Virus record (IMG/VR): IMGVR_UViG_3300022719_000152
Coordinates: 74,639 to 138,638 of that record
Source of the DNA: a virus
Length of the DNA: 64,000 nt
Direction: 5' to 3' (one strand)
How positions within the stretch are numbered: the first letter of the stretch is position 1; each line of letters starts with the position of its first letter. Position numbers and translations under genes: made by a program. This document shows positions 9,567 through 18,623 of the stretch, in pieces. Under the pieces are notes generated by a model, which made no database searches, was not told the DNA's origin, and saw only the letters and a list, made by a program, of their open reading frames with translations.

Positions 9567-11187
9567 GACGAACCGCCTCCTGCAGGGTGTGGACTACCTC
9601 TCGATGATGGTTGGCAATTTGGTTACGGGCGTGTTCGAGCACGCGCTGACCCATGGCCAACTTGTGCATGGCATCGAACGTTAGAATCAGGGGGTGCTTC
9701 GGATTGATGACCCGGGCACTGGCCCCCTTCTCCATCTCGTACTGGATGACGTCGGACTGCAGCTTTCGGGTGTCGATGTCCTTGCCAGCCAAATAGGAGA
9801 CCATGTCCGACATGGCTGACTTGAGGAAGTTTTCGTCCTCAGTGATTGCAGACATAGACTGAGCCACGCCTCCCAGGTTGTAACCATTGGAGAGGAGTTG
9901 AAAGACATGGCCATGAAACTCTGCTTGAGCTTCCTTCAAGAGATCACGATTCTTGGCACAGGCGTGGTCGCTGTCCTCCGCCAGCTTGTCAAGCTGCCAC
10001 TTGGTACGCTGCAGATCTCCGAAGGGGTTGGCCTGTGGGTAGGGCGTCTCCTTGTTGGCGACAGCCTCTTTGATCTTTCCGAGACTGGTGCCCAACTTGA
10101 TGTTGGCAGCAACCTTCCTCATCTCTGGGCGAGCGGCCTGGACGTACTGCACCGCTTTGCTGACGAGCTCGGCGGCCATCTTCTGCTGGGGCATTATCTC
10201 CCCGCCACCGCCTCCACCAGGCATCCCACCCTGGATGGCAGCAGCCACGTCCGGAGGAGGCTGAGCTCCACCGGCGGCTTGAGCCTCACCTTGTCCCTGG
10301 GCAGCCGCTGGATCCATTGCGGGGTCAGGCTGAGGGTTCATCATCTGCTCAGTCTTCTGACGGATGTTGGCGAGCTCTTGCTTCTTCTTCTCCAGTTCCA
10401 CCTGACGGGACATCTCCATCATCTCTTGGTGATGCTGCTCGGCAGGGTCCATTTGTGACCCGGTCATCGCTGGGCCGGCACCGATGGAGCCCTGGGGCAC
10501 CATACCACCCATAGACACCTTCTCGTGAGTGGCCGCCTCGTCGTAGGTCTCTTGACTGCCCTCGAGCTTGGGGTTGTTGTCGAGGCCCTCAGTTCCTGGC
10601 TCGACGGTACCGTCCTCTCGGGCTGCTTGGAGGATGCGGTCTACAGCAGAGCCTTCCTTCACCTGCTCAACCTGACCTCCTTCCAAGATACGAAACACCG
10701 AAGACATGTCTGGGCCCGCGGAGAGGTCCACACCCATCACCAGCTTCTCGGCGCTCTTCTCCAACTCGGGGGTGTAAGGCTCGAAGCCGAACATTCGCAT
10801 CAGCTCCACATCCCCACCCGTCTCGGCACCGGCCGTCTTCACGGGGCCACAAGCGTAGTCATCAGAGATGATCTGCATGGAAGGGCGGGCTCCGTTATCG
10901 AGCTCGTGGAGGACCACACCAGGGTCTGCGATTTCAAATTCAATATTCTTGTCGCCAGCCTGCTTCTCGAACATGGACGAGAAGGTCTCCTGGTTGGCAA
11001 ATTCTACCACTCTCTTCACCTGATGAGCTGAGATGGTAGGATACTCCTTGGCGATCTTGACGATGGCATCGTTGAGGCTAGACCCTCTACAGAGGTACTC
11101 GTTGGACGCTCGCTTCCCCAGGGACTGCAAATCGGTTGCTGATAGGGGGGCGTGAACAGTACGGGAGAGCCCCAATGTGTCTGACAT
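9547..11187 (-). CDS. Head-module protein with many KxA motifs
   Basis: 546 aa, GAGG SD, first gene of head operon; KIA, KQA, KTA, KSA, KMA, KVA, KEA, KLA. Confidence 0.65.
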   Translation of the reverse strand: MSDTLGLSRTVHAPLSATDLQSLGKRASNEYLCRGSSLNDAIVKIAKEYPTISAHQVKRVVEFANQETFSSMFEKQAGDKNIEFEIADPGVVLHELDNGARPSMQIISDDYACGPVKTAGAETGGDVELMRMFGFEPYTPELEKSAEKLVMGVDLSAGPDMSSVFRILEGGQVEQVKEGSAVDRILQAAREDGTVEPGTEGLDNNPKLEGSQETYDEAATHEKVSMGGMVPQGSIGAGPAMTGSQMDPAEQHHQEMMEMSRQVELEKKKQELANIRQKTEQMMNPQPDPAMDPAAAQGQGEAQAAGGAQPPPDVAAAIQGGMPGGGGGGEIMPQQKMAAELVSKAVQYVQAARPEMRKVAANIKLGTSLGKIKEAVANKETPYPQANPFGDLQRTKWQLDKLAEDSDHACAKNRDLLKEAQAEFHGHVFQLLSNGYNLGGVAQSMSAITEDENFLKSAMSDMVSYLAGKDIDTRKLQSDVIQYEMEKGASARVINPKHPLILTFDAMHKLAMGQRVLEHARNQIANHHREVVHTLQEAVRREPITL

Positions 11188-11204
11188 GGCTACCTCTTCT
11201 GAGT

Positions 11205-11282
11205 TGGGGTTACCATAGCGGTTACGGCTTCAACCTACCATGGGGTTAAAACAGTGGGAAGAATAGAGAAAGATGGGGTTAC
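11205..11282. promoter_or_regulatory. Divergent promoter region with TGGGGTTA(C/A) repeats and minus-strand extended -10 (TGgTAGGTT)
   Basis: TGGGGTTAC at 11205 and 11274, TGGGGTTAA at 11241. Confidence 0.5.
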
Positions 11283-11526
11283 ACTAGTCAGCCTCGAGGA
11301 GGCCATGGAGCTCCTCGGCAAAAGCCGGCGCACCATATTTCGTATGGCTCGCAGAGGTGAAGTCGTAAAAGTCACCATAAAGCACCGTACTTACTTCACA
11401 CTCTCCAGCATCAGCAACCACAAACCTCGAATTGGGCCACAAATTGCTCTACCCCCAGAAGACCCCAACCTCAAAGAGCTCCAACGCAAGGAGCTAGAGC
11501 GTCGGCATCCTGAAATCTACATCTGA
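11254..11526 (+). CDS. Excisionase/MerR-like helix-turn-helix DNA-binding protein
   Basis: LVSLEEAMELLGKSRRTIFRMARRGEV HTH_17-like motif. Confidence 0.75.
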   Translation: MGRIEKDGVTLVSLEEAMELLGKSRRTIFRMARRGEVVKVTIKHRTYFTLSSISNHKPRIGPQIALPPEDPNLKELQRKELERRHPEIYI

Positions 11527-14500
11527 TCGTCCCGGTCTGTGAGGTAATCCCTTTCGTCATTCCACTCTTCAGAGAAGGTGGCTGTATCTTGCGAGGGCAC
11601 CAGTACGTCAGGGCGCTGTTTGACAAAATATGAAGCCAAGAAGGCGTAGGTGCATGCGTGGAAAGTATCGTCCGGGTTCCCAGGCGCGTGCTTGTAGACG
11701 TTCATCCGGGTCCGCTCATTGTACTCAGAGTAGATGTTGAGGAAGTCCATGGCGTGAGGGTCGTCAAACTCCTCCCACCGAGGGTACCGGAACACGTTAC
11801 TACGCTTGATGGCGTTGAACATATCCGACATGACCTCAGAGCGGTGACAGAGGTAGCGCGGTACTGCTAGCCGAGGCTCATAGACAATCTTCTTCTTTTG
11901 GTTACCAACCCACTGGTATTTCTTGATCTTGTTGGCGCCGAACTCACGCATGAGCTTGTCGTTGGGCCAGAAACCACCACCGTAGTCCACTCCTACGAAC
12001 CGGACGTTGAAGTCACGAATGTGGTCCTTGATGATCTCTAGTTGTCGATCAGGCTCTGACTCTACACCGTCGAAGCGACGCATGTAGAAGTAGGTGAACT
12101 TATCCGGGGCAAAGGGCAGGTACCCGCCGAGTACCATGACCGTGTACGTCCCCTCTCCGGTATTGCCTTGATACCCAATGCAGCCGTTGCGCTCTGTGAC
12201 GATAAACCCAGTGGGCACCCTGCAGCAGTAGACTTTACCCTTGTAGAGCACCCGCTCGGCGCGGCTCGGGTCATTGAACACGACGTAGTCCCGGCCTGAA
12301 GACCAGCTCACACTCCAACGGTCCTTACGGTTGCCTTCGGCTTCCTTGTGCAGCTTCAACGTAGATCGCAGCCCAAGAAGGGTAGACAGTTCTTGGAAGT
12401 CCTCGCAGAGCTGCTTAGACGTCGAACTGTAGCTACCGTTGTCGCAGTTCTCTCGACCATCAACGGTGCCGTCCCCGAGCATCATGGCATCCCAGAGGAT
12501 CTTCAGTTGTCGCTGAGACAGCCGTAAGAACTCACGAGGAATACGCTTAGTTGCGCTACTACCGCCTACGTTCTGCTCAACCCAGTGCCAGAACTGCTTA
12601 TCCCAGATGGTCCAGTTGACGTCGCCAGTCTTTGGATTGGTAGACTCAGAGTACTCAATACCTAGCCGGTCCATGCAGTCTCGAATCTTGGCAGTAGTCC
12701 CTGGGTTCACAGTCTCTCGCTGGGACATCTTGAGGCACGAAGGTCGTTTCTCGCCATTCCCAGACCGACTAGGTACCCAACACAACCCGCCCTCCGATAG
12801 AAAGTAGCCCAGAAACTCTAGCCAGTCGTCCATGGCAAACGTCTGAGCTTCTGCGCCTGAGTATCCAGCAGAAGAGGGCAAGCCTGGCAGCTCAAAGGAC
12901 TCCTGCTCTTGTCCATCGAAGAAGGTCGTACCAACGAACTTCACCTGACCAGTACGCTCTACGAAATCCCCAGCCCGCTCAACCTTGAACTCCGAGCCGT
13001 TCTTTCCCTTGAACAGCATCCGATGGGTGTCCGTGAGCATCATATCGAGGCCCTTGGCCTTGAAATGCAGGAGCTCCCCATCCCAGTCCCTCACCGTGCG
13101 GACCATAGGCTTCACAAAGCTCATTTCTCGGGTGCGCTCATCGAACTGAGCCACCTGGTCATCGTCCGTCAGATCCTTGAAGTGGACAAAACCCCGCTGA
13201 GTAAGGATACGGGTCTGCTCGTCATGGCAGCCCCAGTCAACCCCCATGAAGACAGGGTACTGACTGGTCCATTTGATGACGTCTCGATAGTACGCCATCG
13301 ATAGCTGATTCCACGAGTTCTTCAGTAGATCAGCACGAGTGAGAGGCCTGGTGCCTGAGTCATAGCTGCGCCCAAGGACCTCGTTGTAGAACTTGGCACG
13401 AGAGTACTTGCGCTGCTTGTCGAGGATGTCCGCATGCTCAATCCAAGGAACCATGAGCTGCGGAATGCGATACCCCTCAAAAGGCTTCTCCACCTTCGGA
13501 TTGGGGTTTATAGAATTCCATCTAGCGTCTTCGTCCTTGGGGTCTATTGGTTTCCCACAACGGTCACAGATGAGAGACTTGTTCCCGATGTTGTCCTCAT
13601 CAAGGATGTTCCAATGCCAACTGCCTGAGTCCTTCGGAGTGCCATGGCGTTTGCAGGGGACAATCCACTCGTTCTGTGTGGAGAAGCGAGACCAGTAATG
13701 CTCAATGGCGTTGTCGAGTGATTTGGGCGTGCCAGCATAGGTGAACAGCTTGAAGGTAGAGTGTGAAGCACACTCCTCAATAACCGGCACGTTCTCCAAG
13801 AGGATGTCCTGGAACTCGTCGATGATGACCTTGTCAGCCGGGATACCACGGCACCGGTCAGCATTGAGAAACGCGAAGCGGAGTGTGATTTGAGAGAAGT
13901 TGACGAGCTTCTTTTCGAGCACGTTCGCCAGCATCTTGCTGGATGTGTACTTCCTCAGGACCGGGGAGACCTCCATCGGCTCCTTGATACGGTCACGACT
14001 GAAGACCTTGGTTTGCTGGTTGGAAGGCGAGACGTAGAGCGCACGAAAGAACGGGTTGAGTGCCGTGTAGGCTAGGCAGGTGTTGCCTAATAGCGTAGAG
14101 TTGTGCGTCACGAATCCATCAGCCACAAAGTTGTGATGTGGGGATACTTCAAAGTCCACGCAGTCCTGCTCACCGATATCTTTGATATCTACAATCGTGT
14201 CCCAATAGAGATCTGTGTCGAGGTGGGCCTCTAAGTGATCAACCATTTCCTGATTGAACCGTCTATCCATCCGAAAGAAATCAACGTAGAGCGCCAGCTT
14301 TTCTCGTGTCGGAGGATACTTCAAGCTTCTGCGCAGCCCGTATTCGTGCAGACTGTTATTGTCCCTATTCTCGTGCCAATCATCTTCTCCCCGAGAACCG
14401 AGTATATCTCCGATGAGGTTGTTGATCTCTTTCGGGTATGTGCCTCGATTGTTGTTACTACCAACTTCCGGAAGGGGAACATTCTCACTCTTTCCAAGCG

Positions 14501-15671
14501 CCCCTATATCCTGCAAGAACGTAGACACCCCCCCTACAGTCTCTACGCGAAGAATGTATGCCGTCTTCTCAATACCTCGCTTCTTCCAGTAATTGGGCCA
14601 ATTCTCTCTAATCCGGGTAGGTACTCCGAACTTCCACAAAAGAGCCTGCACCTGGCGAACAAGAGTATGAGACATAGAGCAATACTCGATTGAGTATTTC
14701 GAAGAGCTGTTCCGCTTAACATGACCATCAGTGGACCACAGGCGGTTCAAGAACAGGGCAGTATCCTCTCGGCCCAGATCAAACACCCATGAGGGTATAA
14801 ACTTTGTGTAGGAATTCGAGCCTACAAGGCCGTCTTCCTCCAACCAGTCACGAACAGAACCGTTCTCATGAAGACGAACATCCTTGGCAGTGGTACCGCT
14901 CTTTGGAGATACTCGTACAGTACCGCCTGCGTCGCATACGCACCGCAAGAAGTCGTTTAGCTGAGGGCCTGGGACTGACGTGAACGAGATATAACGTCCG
15001 ATATAACCATCCCCGATAAGGTAGGCTGTAAGAGCAATCCGCTCTTGGGAAGCACTCACAGCCGCAGTAAACTCTCCAGCTTTGCGAACTACAGCAAGGC
15101 GGTCACCTGCCTTCAAGTTGCCTGCTTCCGTCCAGGAACCCCAGGTTCTCATTGGATGAGTAGTCGCCACGGAGCATTCGTGCCCTTGCCGGGTTTTGAT
15201 CTTCACGCAAGGCTTGCGATAAACACGAGACTTCCAGGAGACCTCTCCTACTTCGATTTTGGAGCCGTCACGCTGTTCCATCGAAGTTAGACGATCCCCC
15301 TCGATTACGTCCTCAGCACGAACGAACGACCCGTTCTCTCGAGAGATGAGAGAGTCGAGAACGAGCGTCTTCTCAACCTGCCGGCCCGCCATGAGTAACC
15401 GACGCTTTGCTGGCGAGTTGTAGATGGTCTTGAGGTACCGGCGCTCGGAGAAATCGAATCTGTGCAGACCTCCGGAGACCGGCATGTAGACTGCGAACTC
15501 GATGAACTGCGAGGGCGTAGAGTACTGCCGGTCTGAGGTGAGAAACTTCTCGTCTACCTCTGCCTCATCCAAGTACCGGGCATCCTCCCCAAAGTGCTCG
15601 TTCTCCTCCTTGTCCTCCTTGTAGAGGAGGGGATTGATGGGTTTGATGTTTGGATTGGAGGGGGCAAGCAT
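11517..15671 (-). CDS. terL: Terminase large subunit with two inteins
   Basis: GRQVEK|S Walker A, RGIPAD..IIDEFQD Walker B, AGTPKS coupling motif, FYNEVLG, MGVDWG nuclease motif, C-terminal DDTFHA. Confidence 0.9.
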   Translation of the reverse strand: MLAPSNPNIKPINPLLYKEDKEENEHFGEDARYLDEAEVDEKFLTSDRQYSTPSQFIEFAVYMPVSGGLHRFDFSERRYLKTIYNSPAKRRLLMAGRQVEKTLVLDSLISRENGSFVRAEDVIEGDRLTSMEQRDGSKIEVGEVSWKSRVYRKPCVKIKTRQGHECSVATTHPMRTWGSWTEAGNLKAGDRLAVVRKAGEFTAAVSASQERIALTAYLIGDGYIGRYISFTSVPGPQLNDFLRCVCDAGGTVRVSPKSGTTAKDVRLHENGSVRDWLEEDGLVGSNSYTKFIPSWVFDLGREDTALFLNRLWSTDGHVKRNSSSKYSIEYCSMSHTLVRQVQALLWKFGVPTRIRENWPNYWKKRGIEKTAYILRVETVGGVSTFLQDIGALGKSENVPLPEVGSNNNRGTYPKEINNLIGDILGSRGEDDWHENRDNNSLHEYGLRRSLKYPPTREKLALYVDFFRMDRRFNQEMVDHLEAHLDTDLYWDTIVDIKDIGEQDCVDFEVSPHHNFVADGFVTHNSTLLGNTCLAYTALNPFFRALYVSPSNQQTKVFSRDRIKEPMEVSPVLRKYTSSKMLANVLEKKLVNFSQITLRFAFLNADRCRGIPADKVIIDEFQDILLENVPVIEECASHSTFKLFTYAGTPKSLDNAIEHYWSRFSTQNEWIVPCKRHGTPKDSGSWHWNILDEDNIGNKSLICDRCGKPIDPKDEDARWNSINPNPKVEKPFEGYRIPQLMVPWIEHADILDKQRKYSRAKFYNEVLGRSYDSGTRPLTRADLLKNSWNQLSMAYYRDVIKWTSQYPVFMGVDWGCHDEQTRILTQRGFVHFKDLTDDDQVAQFDERTREMSFVKPMVRTVRDWDGELLHFKAKGLDMMLTDTHRMLFKGKNGSEFKVERAGDFVERTGQVKFVGTTFFDGQEQESFELPGLPSSAGYSGAEAQTFAMDDWLEFLGYFLSEGGLCWVPSRSGNGEKRPSCLKMSQRETVNPGTTAKIRDCMDRLGIEYSESTNPKTGDVNWTIWDKQFWHWVEQNVGGSSATKRIPREFLRLSQRQLKILWDAMMLGDGTVDGRENCDNGSYSSTSKQLCEDFQELSTLLGLRSTLKLHKEAEGNRKDRWSVSWSSGRDYVVFNDPSRAERVLYKGKVYCCRVPTGFIVTERNGCIGYQGNTGEGTYTVMVLGGYLPFAPDKFTYFYMRRFDGVESEPDRQLEIIKDHIRDFNVRFVGVDYGGGFWPNDKLMREFGANKIKKYQWVGNQKKKIVYEPRLAVPRYLCHRSEVMSDMFNAIKRSNVFRYPRWEEFDDPHAMDFLNIYSEYNERTRMNVYKHAPGNPDDTFHACTYAFLASYFVKQRPDVLVPSQDTATFSEEWNDERDYLTDRDDQM
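12162..13229 (-). mobile_element. Intein 2 in TerL nuclease domain (356 aa, LAGLIDADG)
   Basis: GVDWG|CHDEQTRILT...TDTH...YFLSEG...MMLGDG...VYCCRVPTGFIVTERNG...QGN|T. Confidence 0.85.
14100..15368 (-). mobile_element. Intein 1 in TerL Walker A (423 aa, LAGLIDADG endonuclease), begins with Thr
   Basis: TLVLDSLI...THPM...YLIGDG...LWSTDG...HHNFVADGFVTHN|S; excision restores GRQVEKST. Confidence 0.85.
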
Positions 15672-16544
15672 CTAGATCGGCTCAATCCCCATTCCGGTCT
15701 GTAGTTGGGCGATCTTGTCTGCAAGCCGCCGCATCAACTGTCGGCCAGCCTGGAAGAACTTCTCGTTGTGGTTGATAGCATCGTTGGACTCAGAATAGCT
15801 CAAACCTCGATTCACAGTCATGCCAACAACCAAGTCCTCCGGACAGTAGATTCCTTTCCACCTAAGGGTCCACTTCAATGAATCCACTGCTTGTCGGGTC
15901 GTGGGCTCTCCAAGTTGCTTGGCCACCATCATGTTCTTGGAGGGGAAAGACAGGGGCATGGGGAACCTCTCAGGCTCATCGGCGCCGTCGTCACCATGGA
16001 CAAAAATAGCTGCCACCTTCCCCACAAGGTGATTCTTCATCAGGTGGTCATGTTTTCTAGCCTGGTCTAGGGCTCTTGTGAGCTCAGCGTTCTTTGACTT
16101 CTCTCTGTCGCCGTAGATCTCAAGAGCTTGGTCAGAGGTCATGGTGAGATTGACACACACCAAGCGATCCATCATCTGCTTGATTCTACTGGTGACGGAG
16201 TACCAGTGAACGGGCGTGAAGAAGGCAAACCCATCAGCCGCTAGCATGCGCTCATAGACCTTCATGTCATGCATGAAGTCCGGAAGCTCCGCCTCGTCAC
16301 CGCTAGCTTGTGGGCCCCAACAATCGCATGGAAAATGGCAATGATACCCGCCTGCAGTGGACTGACATCCCTTGCACGGTTGAATCGGAATGTGCCCGTA
16401 GTTGACGCTCAGATCGAGGTAGTCAATCTCAACGTCGCTAGCTATCTCCGCTGCAGACGTGTGGGCCAGAGTACGAGTCTTGCCCCATTGGTTCGGACAG
16501 TTGCCTGGGTGCCGCGGGGACCCTTGGATGACCATGATCCTCAA
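15672..16544 (-). CDS. NADPH-dependent FMN reductase / iron-sulfur flavoprotein family
   Basis: IMVIQGSPR..GKT, PCKGC...C..PC.C, ADGFAFFTPVHWY..IKQMMDRL, GKVAAIFVHG; TTG start with GAGGTG SD; abuts terL start. Confidence 0.85.
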   Translation of the reverse strand: MRIMVIQGSPRHPGNCPNQWGKTRTLAHTSAAEIASDVEIDYLDLSVNYGHIPIQPCKGCQSTAGGYHCHFPCDCWGPQASGDEAELPDFMHDMKVYERMLAADGFAFFTPVHWYSVTSRIKQMMDRLVCVNLTMTSDQALEIYGDREKSKNAELTRALDQARKHDHLMKNHLVGKVAAIFVHGDDGADEPERFPMPLSFPSKNMMVAKQLGEPTTRQAVDSLKWTLRWKGIYCPEDLVVGMTVNRGLSYSESNDAINHNEKFFQAGRQLMRRLADKIAQLQTGMGIEPI

Positions 16545-16560
16545 TTTTCACCTCTGCGCT

Positions 16561-16569
16561 GGTATAAGA
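16561..16569 (+). promoter_or_regulatory. GGTATAAGA candidate phage promoter
   Basis: Identical 9-mer at 17540 and 32312; ATG follows at 16575 with no SD. Confidence 0.55.
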
Positions 16570-16574
16570 GTCTC

Positions 16575-16931
16575 ATGAACCTTCAAGACGCCAAAATAGC
16601 CCGTAAGCGGTTGGAGTGGGTGGACCACGCACGGGCGGGGATACTTCGTGCTGTCGGTGATGACATAGTCAGCACCAACTTCCAAGTATTCCCCACAGTG
16701 GACCCCATCAAATTCATTCTAAAAATACAACTGATACGACCTCTTGGGAAGGACACTCGCAAGCCTCTGCGCAAATACATTCGTTGCTGGGCTAAAGAGT
16801 GGGACTGCGATCTACCCAGAATCGACATTGACAACAAGAAGATAACAGCAGAGGTCTTTACTAAACGGAGGCACTACAGAAGAGATGCAAAGGGCAAATT
16901 CACAGGTAAGACTCACGGCGGGCCTCGATGA
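16575..16931 (+). CDS. Hypothetical basic protein (probably leaderless)
   Basis: Start revised to ATG 16575 to avoid overlap with flavoprotein gene. Confidence 0.6.
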   Translation: MNLQDAKIARKRLEWVDHARAGILRAVGDDIVSTNFQVFPTVDPIKFILKIQLIRPLGKDTRKPLRKYIRCWAKEWDCDLPRIDIDNKKITAEVFTKRRHYRRDAKGKFTGKTHGGPR

Positions 16932-17529
16932 GGTTGGCATGGGATGCTTGGCAGGCCCCGTCACAGTCTGTGTGGTGGGGATGCCTCCCAACGTCACCCT
17001 CCTAGCAGGAGTCCGTGATTCAAAAAAAATGTCTGAGGAACAGCGCAACGCTGTCGCCCCTCAGATCGTAAAACTAGCTGAAGAGCACGGCTACTTCGGT
17101 ATCGGCTGGGCTTCGCCTGGCTACATAGATGAGCACGGCATAGCCGAAGCATGGCAGAAGGCAGCGAGTGATGCTCTCGCTCGAGCGCCAGACGGCATGG
17201 AGCTCGTCATCGACGGCACCAGACCAGTCAAGTCGTACACCTACATCCAAAGAACCGAGGTGAAGGCAGACGACAAATATTGGACGGTGGCGGCAGCAAG
17301 CGTGGTTGCCAAGACAGTTAGAGACCTTGGCATGCTAGACATGGGCCGGGAGTACCCTGCCTACGGATGGGCTCGCAACGCTGGTTATGGGACAGAGGAG
17401 CATCGTCGTGCGGTCCTCCAATACGGTCCATGTGATTACCACCGCATGCGCTACCTCAAGAAAATGGTCCAGAAAGAAAACCCATTCTGGGGAGATCAGT
17501 ATCGGCACTGGGCCAGCCGCAATAAGTGA
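16885..17529 (+). CDS. rnhB: Ribonuclease HII
   Basis: AGLDEVGMGCLAGP, DSKK, IDG, KAD...VAAASVVAK..RD, GYGT..H. Confidence 0.9.
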   Translation: MQRANSQVRLTAGLDEVGMGCLAGPVTVCVVGMPPNVTLLAGVRDSKKMSEEQRNAVAPQIVKLAEEHGYFGIGWASPGYIDEHGIAEAWQKAASDALARAPDGMELVIDGTRPVKSYTYIQRTEVKADDKYWTVAAASVVAKTVRDLGMLDMGREYPAYGWARNAGYGTEEHRRAVLQYGPCDYHRMRYLKKMVQKENPFWGDQYRHWASRNK

Positions 17530-17539
17530 AAGAAACCTC

Positions 17540-17548
17540 GGTATAAGA
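17540..17548 (+). promoter_or_regulatory. GGTATAAGA candidate phage promoter
   Basis: Intergenic, upstream of 17595 gene with GGAGG SD. Confidence 0.55.
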
Positions 17549-17594
17549 AATGTGAGCGGCGAAAGCTGCCCAAAACCCTTTACCGGAGGAATTC

Positions 17595-18623
17595 ATGTCA
17601 GGTTACACAGCCGACATCCCACACTACTACGTAAACTTGGACCTGCCCGAGAAATACAGGTGGTCCAACGTTATCGAGTATGAAGGAGGTGTTGCACAGG
17701 AGTTGGCGGAAGCAGCCTGTGAAGAGATGGAGGAGGTGACCGATTTAATTCGATCACCAGTGCTAAAGGCGTCCTTCTTTGCTCTCTACAGAATGTTTGG
17801 TGGGCTCTACGGAGGAGAGATAAGGGCCTGGGCCAAAACTATGGGAATCTCATCAGCGACTGCTGCAGTACTAAACTGCACCTACGAGCTGTCTCATGTG
17901 GCCGAGGGAATCATGCAGCCATTCGGGTGCACTGCTGGTGTGCGGTGGCTGCCCAATGAAAAGAGAATGGTTCATGTCCGAAGCATGGACTGGCCCCTTG
18001 GGGAAATAGGAGATGCAACGAGAAGGTTCATCTTCCACAAAGGCGGACACATATTCGTCTCAGTGGGAGTGCCGGGATTCGTCGGCGTTCTCTCAGGGAT
18101 GGTGCCGGGCGCGTACTCGGTTACCATCAACTGGGCACCCCCGCAGGGGATGCCAGAGTTTTCTTTTGGCCCCTCGTTCCTTCTTCGTCATGTGATGGAG
18201 ACTTGCAAGACCTACGACGAGGCAGTCGAAGCTCTCTGCGAGACAGAACTAGCAACCACTGTGTTCTACACAGTTTGTGGGACCAGGAAGAAAGAGGCGT
18301 GCGTCATTGAGCGAACGCCAGAAGAGTATTTGGTCAGGGAGATAGGCAACCAGCACTGCCTGGTTCAAGCCAACCATCACGTTGGTCACGACTTTCTTGA
18401 GCTCAACGAAGTCATCAAAGTCGATGAGGGGGACGGCACCATCTTCGAAGATTCGAGATGTAGGGCATCTACCATGCGGAAGAAACTAAACCGGGCAAAA
18501 ACAATCACTGGTGCCATCAGCGCCTTGAAAAGCCCCCCGGTGGAGAATGACTTCAGCTACCAACAGATGATCTTCTGCCCAGCGCAGTCAGAGATGTATA
18601 CTTGGCGATGGGCTAGTGACTAA
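17595..18623 (+). CDS. Ntn-hydrolase, acid ceramidase/NAAA (C45-like) family
   Basis: N-term VNLDLPEKYRW, LNCTYEL, G|CTAG nucleophile, HVRSMDW, PGFVGVLSGM, LVQANH. Confidence 0.8.
   Translation: MSGYTADIPHYYVNLDLPEKYRWSNVIEYEGGVAQELAEAACEEMEEVTDLIRSPVLKASFFALYRMFGGLYGGEIRAWAKTMGISSATAAVLNCTYELSHVAEGIMQPFGCTAGVRWLPNEKRMVHVRSMDWPLGEIGDATRRFIFHKGGHIFVSVGVPGFVGVLSGMVPGAYSVTINWAPPQGMPEFSFGPSFLLRHVMETCKTYDEAVEALCETELATTVFYTVCGTRKKEACVIERTPEEYLVREIGNQHCLVQANHHVGHDFLELNEVIKVDEGDGTIFEDSRCRASTMRKKLNRAKTITGAISALKSPPVENDFSYQQMIFCPAQSEMYTWRWASD

Noticed and set aside
14794-14801. GGTATAAA near-match to the promoter motif
   Set aside because: Lies antisense inside a terL intein, mismatches the final G, and has no credible downstream gene.
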